DNA of 32,000 nucleotides, taken from assembly GCF_000195755.1 (NCBI RefSeq), contig NC_002937.3, positions 1,950,001 through 1,982,000 on the forward strand, in the 5' to 3' direction. Position 1 is the stretch's first letter; each line of letters begins with the position of its first letter. Shown piece after piece: positions 18,364 to 27,378 of the stretch. The notes under the pieces are model-generated. The model was not told the DNA's origin, did not search any database, and saw only the letters and a list, made by a program, of their open reading frames with translations. The position numbers were made by a program, and so were the translations under genes. This DNA comes from Nitratidesulfovibrio vulgaris str. Hildenborough. Lineage in GTDB: Bacteria; Desulfobacterota; Desulfovibrionia; Desulfovibrionales; Desulfovibrionaceae.

Positions 18364-19530
18364 ATGCCAGAAAAAGCCCCCACCCTGCGCATAGGCCGCC
18401 ATCTTCTGCTCGTGTTCGGCATCACCCTCATGGTCGTGATGGGCGTATCAAGCATCATGCCCATCCTGCCCGACCTTGCGCGCACCTTCGACATGCCCAT
18501 GAGTTCGGTGGGGATGGTGTTCATGGCGTTCACCCTACCCGGTGTAGTGCTCACGCCTCTGGGGGGCATCCTCGCCGACCGCATCGGTCGCAAGAAGGTT
18601 CTCATCCCCTCGCTGCTGCTCTTCGCTGCGGGCGGCGTCGCCTGTGCCTTTGCCCCGTCACTCCCCGTACTGCTCGCCTGCCGCTTCGTTCAGGGCATCG
18701 GTGCCGCGCCTCTGGGGGTGCTCTACACCACCATCATCGGCGACCTGTACGACGGCAACCAGCGCATGCAGGCGATGGGCTTCAACGCCGGAGTACTCAG
18801 TCTCGGCACTGCCATCTATCCCGCTGTGGGTGGTCTGCTCGGCGAGTTGGGGTGGCGCGTCCCCTTCCTGCTGCCTTTGCTTGCACTCCCGCTCTGTTTT
18901 GCCATCGCGCGCACGACCTTCCCCGAACCCCGCAGCAGCCAGGGGATGGGCGAGTACTTCCGGTCGACATGGGGCATCATCAGCTCCCCCCGGGCCATCA
19001 CGCTGTTCCTGCTCACGCTGTTCACCTTTCTGATTCTCTACGGCCCCATGGTGACGTTCTTTCCGGTTCTCGCCGACCAGCAGTTCCACGCCACACCGTC
19101 ACAGATAGGGTTCGTGTTCTCCATCGCCTCGGCGGGCACGGTTCTCACTGCCGTAAGGCTGGGCACTCTCGCGCGTCTCATCCGCCCCGTGCGCCTCTTG
19201 CTCGCCAGCCATGGCCTCTACGCCCTTGCCATGGTGACCATGCCCTTCGTGCCCTCTCTGTGGTGGGCACTGGCACCTGTCTTCATCTTCGGCCTAGCGC
19301 AGGGGCTCAACATCCCCAATACGGCTACGCTGCTCACCGACCTCGCCCCCATGGAGGGACGGGCTGCCATCATGGCAGTTAACGGCACGGTGTTGCGTCT
19401 GGCACAGACCATAGGCCCCGTGCTGGCAGGAATCGCCTTCGCCACCGGGGGTCTCTCCGGAGTATACACCTTCGGAGCATTCATGGCTGCCAGCATGGCG
19501 GCACTCATTCTTGCACGCGGCCTCCGCTGA
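18364..19530 (+). CDS. MFS transporter (12-TM, drug/H+ antiporter-like)
   Basis: 388 aa and hydrophobic throughout. MFS loop 2-3 motif GGILADRIGRKKVL. About 12 predicted helices by eye. Confidence 0.88.
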   Translation: MPEKAPTLRIGRHLLLVFGITLMVVMGVSSIMPILPDLARTFDMPMSSVGMVFMAFTLPGVVLTPLGGILADRIGRKKVLIPSLLLFAAGGVACAFAPSLPVLLACRFVQGIGAAPLGVLYTTIIGDLYDGNQRMQAMGFNAGVLSLGTAIYPAVGGLLGELGWRVPFLLPLLALPLCFAIARTTFPEPRSSQGMGEYFRSTWGIISSPRAITLFLLTLFTFLILYGPMVTFFPVLADQQFHATPSQIGFVFSIASAGTVLTAVRLGTLARLIRPVRLLLASHGLYALAMVTMPFVPSLWWALAPVFIFGLAQGLNIPNTATLLTDLAPMEGRAAIMAVNGTVLRLAQTIGPVLAGIAFATGGLSGVYTFGAFMAASMAALILARGLR

Positions 19531-20039
19531 CGCCCTCCCCTTCACCCTGCACCGCGGCGCATGGGTTTTCGTTCATGGCTTCACCACAGCCTATGCGTAT
19601 CCCGGAATCCGAATCCATCGGCGGTCACGCCTTATAAACCGAAGTCAGCAGTTCATGCGTTCACTCGACGCAGCATACCGGAAGCGGTGTTTGCAGGGCG
19701 GGCCTAGTGTCATGCATCCGCAAGAAGGCAGGCGCCCACAGGAGACCGGGAGGTCGACCGATTGACGCGCAAGAGGCAGGCGACGCAAGGGGCAGTGGAC
19801 GAATCGGGTGCCACTCGCGCACCGCGCATGAAGAGAGGCGGATGAGGCTGCTTTCCGCCGCAAGCTGGCGACTCAACGTGTGCGCAGCTGAACGTTGTTC
19901 TCATGAAAAGAACGAAGGGTACCCGGACACTGTCCATGCCGCGGCAGTCAAACACGTTGCGCCATCCGGCGAAGACGCGCATGCGAATCATCGAACCAGC
20001 CTGGACGCACCGATGCAACGACCAGAGCCACGACACAAG

Positions 20040-20073
20040 CACGAAAAGCCCGCCGACATCTGTCAGCGGGCTT
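20040..20073 (-). terminator. Rho-independent terminator of rpsT
   Basis: aagcccgc (20046-20053) / gcgggctt (20066-20073), with an inner gaca/tgtc extension. The minus strand reads hairpin + TTTTCGTGCTT. It lies 22 nt after the rpsT stop. Confidence 0.8.
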
Positions 20074-20095
20074 CTGGTATCGATAGGTGCTAGAC

Positions 20096-20359
20096 CTAGG
20101 CGACCTGATTGACGGCCTTGGTCAGGCGGGAGATCTTGCGTGCAGCGGTCTTCCAGTGAACAACGCCCTTGCTGGCAGCCTTGTCGAGCACGGCAGAAGC
20201 CTGAACCAGCGCAGTGGCGGCCTGCTCCTTGTCCTGCTGCTGCAGGGCGATGCGCACGTCCTTGATGACGTTCTTGATACGGGTCCGCACCGCACGGTTA
20301 CGGGCGGCGCGCTTCAGGCTCTGCTTGTGCCGCTTCAGGGCAGACTTGTGGTTAGCCAA
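20096..20359 (-). CDS. rpsT: 30S ribosomal protein S20
   Basis: [29 protein letters not shown] is canonical S20. It starts with TTG, with GGAGG 7 nt upstream. E. coli rpsT also uses a UUG start. Confidence 0.96.
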
Positions 20360-20474
20360 GGTAATTCCTCCAAAAGGCTTCTATATCTTGTAGTGCTATG
20401 ACTCACTGGAACACGGAGAACAAAGTCCATAGCCCCGGCTCCTTCCTCTGTCAAGCGTAAAGGGCCCGATGGGC

Positions 20475-22565
20475 CTACATCTGCAACGCGCCGAAATCGG
20501 CAAGGCGGCTGAGACGGCCCACCAGCGCCTGTAACAGGTTGAGCCTGTTGGTACGAAGCGCGGCATCATCGCTCATGACCATGACGCCTTCGAAGAAGCC
20601 ATCGACCACGGGCCGCAATTCACCAAGCAGGCCGAACAATGCGGGGTAGTCCCCCTCGGCCCACAGCCCGTCGAAACGGGGGAACATGGCTTCGAGGCTG
20701 GCCGCCAGTTGCCTTTCGGCGTCTTCCACAAGCAAGTCGGCCTTCCATGCGCCATCGAGGGCCACATCGGAGTCGCCCCCCTGCTTGCGGATGATGTTCG
20801 CCGCACGCTTGAATGTCAGAACAGCCGACGCGAAATCATCCCTCCGGCTGAAGGCGGCAAGGGCTTCAAGGCGTGCCCCGGCGCTGCGCACATCATCGCA
20901 ACCTGCGGCAAGTACGGCCTCGACCAGAAGCGTCTCATACCCGTTGGCAATGAAGAGGTTACGCAGGCGCGCCATGAAGAACTCGTCAAGCTTGACCAGT
21001 GCGTCTTCAGGGGCAAGCTTCCACGCACGCTCTCCGTACAGGGCGAAGGCCTTGGCGAACAGGCCTCTCACATCAAGCTGCAGCCCGTGCTCGAGAATGA
21101 TGCGTGCGATACCGAGAACGCAGCGGCGGAGGGCGTACGGGTCGGCGGCCCCGGTGGGAATCATGCCCAGACCGAAACACCCCGCCAGTGTATCGGCCTT
21201 GTCGGCAATGGACAGCAACGCGCCGCACATCGACGACGGGACAGGGCTGTCCGGGCCGGCGGGGAGGTACTGTTCGGCAATGGCGGCGGCGACGGCCTCG
21301 GCCTCGCCCATGCGGCGGGCATAGATGCCGCCCATGATGCCTTGCAGGGTATCGAACTCGCCCACCATGCCCGACACGAGGTCTCCCTTCGACAGGCGTC
21401 CGGCACGCGCGGCAGCCGTGGCATCATCAAAGCCGACTTCGGCGGCCAGCCATGCGCAAAGCTGTTCGAGGCGGCGCGTCTTGTCGCCCATCGACCCCAA
21501 CGGGCCGAGGAAGATGACATTGTCGAGCGAGGCGAGCCACGCATCGAAGCTTGAAGCGAGGTCGGTCTTCCAGAAGAACCGGGCGTCCTCAAGCCGCGCA
21601 CGAAGGACGCGCTCCCACCCCTTGCGCACGAGGTCGCCATCAAGGGGGGTAAGGTTGAGCACGGTGAGGAAATGCGGCATCAGTCGCCCCTCGGCATCCT
21701 CGACACCGAAGCTCTTCTGATGGCTTTCCATGCTGGTGAGCAGCACCTCGCGCGGCAATTCGAGGAAGGAAGGGTCGATGTTGCCAAGGCAGGGAACAGG
21801 ATGTTCCACAAGTCCCTGTACCTCATCCAGCAGACTGTCCTTCCAGATGACCTTGCCACCCGCTGCGACGGCTAGGGCGTTGCCGCCCTTCACGACTGCG
21901 TTACGGCGCTCTTCGCCGACAGGTGTGACCCCGCCCTGCTCGCGGATGACCCGCTCATAGTCGCCTGCACGCGCCACCGTCAGAGGCCCTGCACCATGAA
22001 TGCGATGCCCGTAGGTGATGTTGCCGGAACGCACGCCGCCGACCTCGAAATCGACGACGCTCTCATCGAAGAGGGCCAGCAGCCACCGCATGGGACGGGC
22101 GTAGGTGAAGTCGCCGCTCCCCCAGCGCATCCGCTTCGGGAAAGGCAGAGCCCCGATGATGGCGGGGCAGATGTCCCGTAACAGGTCGATGCTGCGAGCG
22201 CCTCCCATATGCTTGCGGACGGCGATGTACTCGCCCTTGTCGGTGGTCAGCCTGAAGATGTCGGCGACCTCGACGCCCTGCGTGCGGGCGAAGCCTTCAG
22301 CGGCCTTGGTCAGCCCGCCTTCGGGGGTGAAGGCGATGCGCGCCGGCGGCCCGGTGACGACCTCTTCGGATTCACTCTGGACAGGGTTCACCGCATCCAT
22401 GCGCACGACGGCACGCCGGGGGGTGGACATGACGCGCACGGGGTCGCACTCGATGCCCGCATCGGCGAGGGCACGGGTGAAGCGTTCTGCAAGCTCCCTC
22501 TCAAGCGCGGGCAAAAAACGGGCAGGAAGCTCTTCGGTTCCGATTTCAAGGACGAACTGTGACAT
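20475..22565 (-). CDS. glyS: Glycine--tRNA ligase beta subunit
   Basis: MSQFVLEIGTEELPARF is the canonical GlyS N-terminus. I place the ATG at 22565, with GAGGAGAGGGAG upstream. The ORF-track extension to 22739 would overlap glyQ and is rejected. Confidence 0.95.
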   Translation of the reverse strand: MSQFVLEIGTEELPARFLPALERELAERFTRALADAGIECDPVRVMSTPRRAVVRMDAVNPVQSESEEVVTGPPARIAFTPEGGLTKAAEGFARTQGVEVADIFRLTTDKGEYIAVRKHMGGARSIDLLRDICPAIIGALPFPKRMRWGSGDFTYARPMRWLLALFDESVVDFEVGGVRSGNITYGHRIHGAGPLTVARAGDYERVIREQGGVTPVGEERRNAVVKGGNALAVAAGGKVIWKDSLLDEVQGLVEHPVPCLGNIDPSFLELPREVLLTSMESHQKSFGVEDAEGRLMPHFLTVLNLTPLDGDLVRKGWERVLRARLEDARFFWKTDLASSFDAWLASLDNVIFLGPLGSMGDKTRRLEQLCAWLAAEVGFDDATAAARAGRLSKGDLVSGMVGEFDTLQGIMGGIYARRMGEAEAVAAAIAEQYLPAGPDSPVPSSMCGALLSIADKADTLAGCFGLGMIPTGAADPYALRRCVLGIARIILEHGLQLDVRGLFAKAFALYGERAWKLAPEDALVKLDEFFMARLRNLFIANGYETLLVEAVLAAGCDDVRSAGARLEALAAFSRRDDFASAVLTFKRAANIIRKQGGDSDVALDGAWKADLLVEDAERQLAASLEAMFPRFDGLWAEGDYPALFGLLGELRPVVDGFFEGVMVMSDDAALRTNRLNLLQALVGRLSRLADFGALQM

Positions 22566-22582
22566 GCTCTTGCTCCCTCTCC

Positions 22583-23452
22583 TCATTTCCGCAGCATGGG
22601 ATAGCCGAGTTGCTCTCTCTGGGCGGCGTACAGCCTGGCCACACCCGAGGCGAGATAGCGCACGCGCCCGATGTAGCCGGTACGCTCGGTGATGGAAATG
22701 GCGCCTCGTGCATCGAGCAGGTTGAACGTATGCGAGCACTTGAGGCAGTAGTCATAGGCGGGCCAGAGCAACCCTTCCTCCGTCAGGCGGCGGCACTCCG
22801 TCTCATAGGCATTGAAGGCGTGCAGCAACATGGCGGCATCGCTACGCTCGAAGTTGTACTTCGACTGTTCGACCTCGTTCTGGTGGTAGATGTCCCCGTA
22901 GGTGACATGCTCGTTCCAGTCGAGGTCGTACACCGATTCCTTGCCTTGCAGATACATGCACAGGCGTTCGAGGCCATAGGTTATCTCGACGCTGGTGGGC
23001 GCGAGGTCGATGCCCCCGACCTGCTGGAAATACGTGAACTGTGTCACTTCCATGCCGTTGAGCCATACTTCCCAGCCAAGACCCCACGCGCCCAGAGTGG
23101 GCGATTCCCAGTCATCCTCGACGAAGCGGATATCATGGGCGGCAGGGTCGATGCCAAGGGCGCGCAGGCTGCCAAGATAAAGCTCCTGCACGTTGTCGGG
23201 GGAGGGCTTCAGGATGACCTGAAACTGGAAGTAGTGTTGCAGCCTGTTGGGGTTCTCGCCGTAGCGCCCGTCGGTGGGACGGCGTGAGGGTTCGACATAG
23301 GCCACGTTCCACGGTTCGGGTCCGATGACGCGCAGGAAGGTGGACGGGTTGAACGTACCCGCGCCGCACTCGACGTCGATGGGCTGCGTGATGACACAAC
23401 CGCGGCTTGCCCAGTAGTTCTGCAACGTGAGAATGACATTCTGAAAATGCAT
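22583..23452 (-). CDS. glyQ: Glycine--tRNA ligase alpha subunit
   Basis: [24 protein letters not shown]...[23 protein letters not shown] is highly conserved GlyQ. It lies 17 nt upstream of glyS. Confidence 0.97.
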   Translation of the reverse strand: MHFQNVILTLQNYWASRGCVITQPIDVECGAGTFNPSTFLRVIGPEPWNVAYVEPSRRPTDGRYGENPNRLQHYFQFQVILKPSPDNVQELYLGSLRALGIDPAAHDIRFVEDDWESPTLGAWGLGWEVWLNGMEVTQFTYFQQVGGIDLAPTSVEITYGLERLCMYLQGKESVYDLDWNEHVTYGDIYHQNEVEQSKYNFERSDAAMLLHAFNAYETECRRLTEEGLLWPAYDYCLKCSHTFNLLDARGAISITERTGYIGRVRYLASGVARLYAAQREQLGYPMLRK

Positions 23453-23501
23453 AGTGTTCCCCTGAACGGTTCTGCCGACGCGCGACGGCGCGCGGGGCCG
23501 C

Positions 23502-24257
23502 CTAGAGACGACGGAAGGTGCCGTTCTCCCAGGTCAGACCGATATGGTACTGGATGAAGCCATCCACGGCGCGCGAACACTCGCGACGCCCTGTCGGCGA
23601 GAAGCAGAGCTCCGACCACCGAAGCGGTGAATTGTCCTGCACAAAGCGCAAAGCGTCAAGCGTTTCACGAGAGATGGCGACGGTCGCCCCGGTGGGTGCC
23701 GAACATCGTCCGCAATAGAGCACGCCGTCACGGACATGGAACCGGGCGCCTCCATCCTTCGCAGTCCCGTCGAACGGTTCGCCGCAACTGGCGCAGCTTT
23801 CAAAACGGGGGGCATACCCCTGTTCGAAAGCGAACCGCGCCCGAAAGAGAAGGGGCAGCAAAGGCGGCACGACATCAACCGTCTCAAGGAGTTCGAGCAT
23901 CTCAAGGGTCAGTGTGAAGGCGGAATCCGCCCCATCAGGCCCTGCCCCCAGTGCTTCGATGAAGCGAAGACAATTGACGGCTACGCCGTACCTGCGCCAG
24001 TCACGCCGCAGCCTGTCGGGCCCCTTGAGCAGGGTCGCCTCCTGCAACGACTGGTACAGGCCTCCCCGTGTGCCCTGCACACGCATGAGCACCACGTTGA
24101 AGATGTCGAGACAACCGCAAAAACGTCGCCTGCTACGGCAACCGCCGAAGGCGAAAGCCGAGATGATCCCCCGCTGACGACAAAGGAAGCGGACCCACAG
24201 ATCCGCTTCCCTGAATCGTCCAACACGAAGGACCAGTGCCTGGTCGGTGAAATCCAT
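23502..24257 (-). CDS. recO: DNA repair protein RecO
   Basis: 251 aa. N-terminal OB-fold pattern [19 protein letters not shown] and C-terminal zinc motif CASCG...CGRC. The gene follows rodZ with a 2-nt gap. Confidence 0.88.
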   Translation of the reverse strand: MDFTDQALVLRVGRFREADLWVRFLCRQRGIISAFAFGGCRSRRRFCGCLDIFNVVLMRVQGTRGGLYQSLQEATLLKGPDRLRRDWRRYGVAVNCLRFIEALGAGPDGADSAFTLTLEMLELLETVDVVPPLLPLLFRARFAFEQGYAPRFESCASCGEPFDGTAKDGGARFHVRDGVLYCGRCSAPTGATVAISRETLDALRFVQDNSPLRWSELCFSPTGRRECSRAVDGFIQYHIGLTWENGTFRRL

Positions 24258-24259
24258 TC

Positions 24260-25201
24260 CTACTCGCTGGGCGGGAACGTCAGCGTCTTCACCTGCCCCG
24301 GCTCGCCCGGTGCGCCCATGTCCTTTCCGTCAAAGCGCACGTTGACGCCACCGGCATTGCCGAGTTTGAGGGACAGCGACCTGGAGAAGGTCAGGGCGAA
24401 GGTCTCGCCCTTGCGCAACGAGAACTGCCGGACATCGGCATTGTCAGCGGTGGAATGCACCCAGCATTCGGCGACCGCAGTCACGATGATACGATGCTTC
24501 CCGGCGGGGGGCAGGGCCCCTGCGTCATCACCCTGCTGGGGGACGAGGACTTCTTTCGCCTTCTGTTCCGGCGTGGGGGAACCGAGCAATTTGTCTGCCA
24601 TGGCAGAGGAAGATGCATTGCTTGCAGTGACCGGCTGTTCAGGTGCTACGGGTTTTGCCCCGTCGGCAGCCCCTGCAGCCGGGACAGCAGGAACAGCACC
24701 ATCCACAGTGGGAGGAACGCTCTCTTCGGTCGACGTGGGCGGCGCAGGTACGACCTGTTGCGGTGCCGGTTCCACGAAAGGCGCCGTCCCGGTCACTGCC
24801 GGCATCTGCTCACGCGCACTTTTCTGCTTGTAGTACCAGTACCCGGCGAACATGAGGCCGCAGGCAACCAGACCGAGTGTCAGCAACACCCCGGCCCGTC
24901 TACCCCGCCCGCTCACGGGTTCTACCACACCGGGATTCTCGACAAGATCTTCCTGAATCTCGCATGGGTAGACAGAATCGACCACCTCTGCGACGATACC
25001 CGGAGTGATACCGAGCATCGAAGCGTAGGCCTTGATGAAACCACGGGCATAGACCGCATGCGGCAGGTCGTCCACATCGCCCTGTTCTATGGCACGCAGA
25101 ATACGCGCAGAGACTTTGAGGCGAGTCGCCACCAGGTCGAGAGAAAAACCTCTCGCCTCACGCTCCTCGCGGAGCATGAGGCCGAGTTCTTGTAGCGTCA
25201 T
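24260..25201 (-). CDS. rodZ: RodZ-like cytoskeleton protein (HTH + TM + Pro/Ala-rich linker + DUF4115)
   Basis: N-terminal HTH with LGLMLREEREARGFSLDLVATRLKVSARILRAIEQGD and YARGFIKAYASMLG. One TM helix (VLLTLGLVACGLMFAGYWYY). C-terminal beta domain ends with LSLKLGNAGGVNVRFDGK. Confidence 0.85.
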   Translation of the reverse strand: MTLQELGLMLREEREARGFSLDLVATRLKVSARILRAIEQGDVDDLPHAVYARGFIKAYASMLGITPGIVAEVVDSVYPCEIQEDLVENPGVVEPVSGRGRRAGVLLTLGLVACGLMFAGYWYYKQKSAREQMPAVTGTAPFVEPAPQQVVPAPPTSTEESVPPTVDGAVPAVPAAGAADGAKPVAPEQPVTASNASSSAMADKLLGSPTPEQKAKEVLVPQQGDDAGALPPAGKHRIIVTAVAECWVHSTADNADVRQFSLRKGETFALTFSRSLSLKLGNAGGVNVRFDGKDMGAPGEPGQVKTLTFPPSE

Positions 25202-25297
25202 TTCGCGTCCTTACAATTCGAATCCACGTTCATCCGCAACCGACCGCGACCGTCATCGCAGCCATCGGAGCAGCGGACTTTTTTCGTGCCTTTCCAA

Positions 25298-26233
25298 CTA
25301 GATACGGATGTCGATGACCGCGCGCGACCGCAGCTGGCCAATGTACTCCTGCAAACGCTCCTGCATCTTCGGCTCACGGAGGATGTTCTCGATTTCCTCG
25401 GCAACATCGTCAAGCGCCTGCCCCTTGCCCTCGTTCGAAGCTACGAGTTGCAGCACCGCCTTGCGCCCTTCTACGAGAAACACCCTGGAGACATCACCGG
25501 GCTTGAGTTCCGAGAGGGTGTCGCGCCATTCCATGGAAAGGTCGCTCCAGAGCAGGTCCCCGATGACCCCGCCGTTCTGCGGGTTGGGGCCGATGGAGTG
25601 GCGGGCGGCGAGGTCGGCGAAGGTCATGGCTCCGCTCTTGACCTGTGCGGCAAGCGCGTCCGCGTCATCACGCGGGGGGAAGATGACGAGGCCAAGACGC
25701 ACCTTGCGCCCGGACACGAACTGCCCCTTGTGCGCCTCATAGTATTTGGCGATTTCGTCGCGAGTGACAACCACCTTACGGGCAATCATGAGACCCAGCA
25801 ACCTGTGACGCAGAATCCCGCGGCGGATGCGCTCTCGCATGAGGTCTGCGGAAAGCCCCTGCTGCGCGAGCTGCCGTTCGAACTGCTCAGGCGCAAGCTG
25901 GCTGCGCTGGACGATCTTGCGATATTCGTTGTCGACTTCCGAGTCCTGCACAGTGATCTTGAGGCGCTCGGCCTCCTGCGAGATGAGAATGTCGGAGATC
26001 ATGCTGTCGAGCACGTTCCGGGTGATGCGGCGCACGGGCTCGGCGTCTGCATCTCGCACGGGGTCGAGTCCGGCCCGGAGAATCTCCGGCGCGGCCTGAG
26101 CCTGCACGTCGAAGTATGTGATCATCTCGCCGTTGACGACGGCGGCTATCCTGTTGAGCGAATCGGCTGCCGCGCCGGTGGCCGAAAGGCAGAGCACAAG
26201 GGCGGCAAGAAGGAGACTGCGTATAGAGGACAA
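25298..26233 (-). CDS. Periplasmic SurA-like chaperone / parvulin-type peptidyl-prolyl isomerase
   Basis: Signal peptide SSIRSLLLAALVLCLSATGAAA, then SLNRIAAVVNGEMITYFDV (SurA N-domain). The parvulin block is VRLGLVIF...GGVIGDLLWSDL...LKPGDVS. No in-frame ATG fits. I propose the TTG at 26233, with AGGAG 6 nt upstream. The upstream ATGs in the 25298..26767 ORF give an implausible Arg/Cys-rich leader. Confidence 0.8.
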   Translation of the reverse strand: MSSIRSLLLAALVLCLSATGAAADSLNRIAAVVNGEMITYFDVQAQAAPEILRAGLDPVRDADAEPVRRITRNVLDSMISDILISQEAERLKITVQDSEVDNEYRKIVQRSQLAPEQFERQLAQQGLSADLMRERIRRGILRHRLLGLMIARKVVVTRDEIAKYYEAHKGQFVSGRKVRLGLVIFPPRDDADALAAQVKSGAMTFADLAARHSIGPNPQNGGVIGDLLWSDLSMEWRDTLSELKPGDVSRVFLVEGRKAVLQLVASNEGKGQALDDVAEEIENILREPKMQERLQEYIGQLRSRAVIDIRI

Positions 26234-26381
26234 GGAGGACTCCTGTACGTTGGCGAAAAAGAACCCCCGGCCCCGGTGGCACGGGAAGACCCTAGGTAGG
26301 CCACCATGTAATCCCTTTTCGGGAAACATGCAACGCAACCCCATAATCTGTTTTAATTCAGACAAGATACGCAAATCGAGA

Positions 26382-27368
26382 CTAGCGTTGTGCGGCCCCG
26401 CCGCCACCCGGGACAGCCTCCTTGGTACCGGCAAGGTGCTGTGAAACCCGCACCTTCGCCCCGGCAAGGTTGCGCTCCACCCAGACATCGAACGCGGCAT
26501 CGAGCTTCTCTTCCAGCAAACGCCGCTCGATGACCGGGTACGCATCGACGACTGACATGTCCTGCGCGGGCAACGATTCGATGAGCCTGAAGGCCACCCA
26601 GCGCCCTTCAAAGGCGATGGGAGGCGACACGCCACCCGGCTTGAGAGCAGCCAACGCTTTCTGCCACGCAGCCGGAATCCTGTCGCGGCGTATGAGCAGT
26701 TCGTTCCCTGACATGCCGGGAAACGCCTTTTCCACCTCTTCTGGCGCAGCCCCCGAGGCGACAGCACCCGCAGCGGCTTCGACCCCCTCTCGGGTATCGC
26801 CCTCGACCATGATAAACCGTACCCGGGCAGCCAGCCTGAACTCCCCCTGATGCCCCCGGTACCATGACTCCACCTCCTCGAGGGATATAGCCACTTCGGA
26901 GCGGAGGACGACCTGTGCGAACTTGGTCAGCGCCAGCCTGCGGCGGAGCATCTCACGCCAGACCTCGAGGTCGAGGTAGTCCTCCACGAGGGCGGCCTCG
27001 AACATGCCCTCCGGATAGTCGCCGCGCACCTCGGCTTCTGCAGCCCCGAGTTCGGCATCCGTGACGGAAGCCCCGACAGCCGCCAGCTTCTGCAACACGA
27101 GTTCCTGCACCACAAGGTCGGCTAGCACAGCCCCGTACTGGCTTCGCAGGGCCTCCACCGAAGGTCCCTCGGCCCCGGTCCACGACTGGGCATAGGCATC
27201 ATGCGTGGCCTGCAACAGCTTCATGTTGACCGGATGCCCGTTGACGGTGGCGACCACACCGGGTGGAAGCGCATCATCTGCGCAGCCGCCAGCAGACAGC
27301 AGCAGGGTGACCGCCAGCACCTGCAGGACGGCAAGGACACCGCGACGGGAACAACAGCACAAGCCCAT
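26382..27368 (-). CDS. SurA/PpiC-like periplasmic chaperone, probable lipoprotein
   Basis: I prefer the ATG at 27368: MGLCCCSRRGVLAVLQVLAVTLLLSAGGC (lipobox-like AGGC), then VATVNGHPVNMKLLQ. A degenerate parvulin-like C-terminal region contains LKPGGVSPPIAFEGRWVAFRLIE. The start is 10 nt after the mfd stop. The ORF-track extension to 27863 overlaps mfd and is rejected. Confidence 0.8.
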   Translation of the reverse strand: MGLCCCSRRGVLAVLQVLAVTLLLSAGGCADDALPPGVVATVNGHPVNMKLLQATHDAYAQSWTGAEGPSVEALRSQYGAVLADLVVQELVLQKLAAVGASVTDAELGAAEAEVRGDYPEGMFEAALVEDYLDLEVWREMLRRRLALTKFAQVVLRSEVAISLEEVESWYRGHQGEFRLAARVRFIMVEGDTREGVEAAAGAVASGAAPEEVEKAFPGMSGNELLIRRDRIPAAWQKALAALKPGGVSPPIAFEGRWVAFRLIESLPAQDMSVVDAYPVIERRLLEEKLDAAFDVWVERNLAGAKVRVSQHLAGTKEAVPGGGGAAQR

Positions 27369-27378
27369 GGGCACCGCC

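Noticed and set aside
19707-20093. 128-aa ORF (and 110-aa, 84-aa and 69-aa ORFs) in the large MFS/rpsT gap
   Set aside because: There is no RBS. The translations are dominated by Arg/Cys/His/Ala, and one ORF runs through the rpsT terminator. I treat the region as non-coding or unknown instead.
20463-20475. Short GC hairpin (ggccc-gat-gggcc) at the glyS stop as a terminator before rpsT
   Set aside because: It has only a 5-bp stem with a 3-nt loop and a weak CTTTAC tail. It is more likely incidental, and rpsT probably has its own promoter in the 115-bp gap.
22566-22739. N-terminal extension of glyS proposed by the ORF track
   Set aside because: It would overlap glyQ by 157 nt and adds an Arg/His-rich leader. 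The canonical GlyS N-terminus MSQFVLEIGTEELPARF starts at 22565 with a strong RBS.
26234-26767. N-terminal extension of the second SurA-like ORF (and 27369-27863 for the first)
   Set aside because: The extensions overlap the upstream genes and encode Arg/Cys/Ser-rich sequence ahead of obvious signal peptides.
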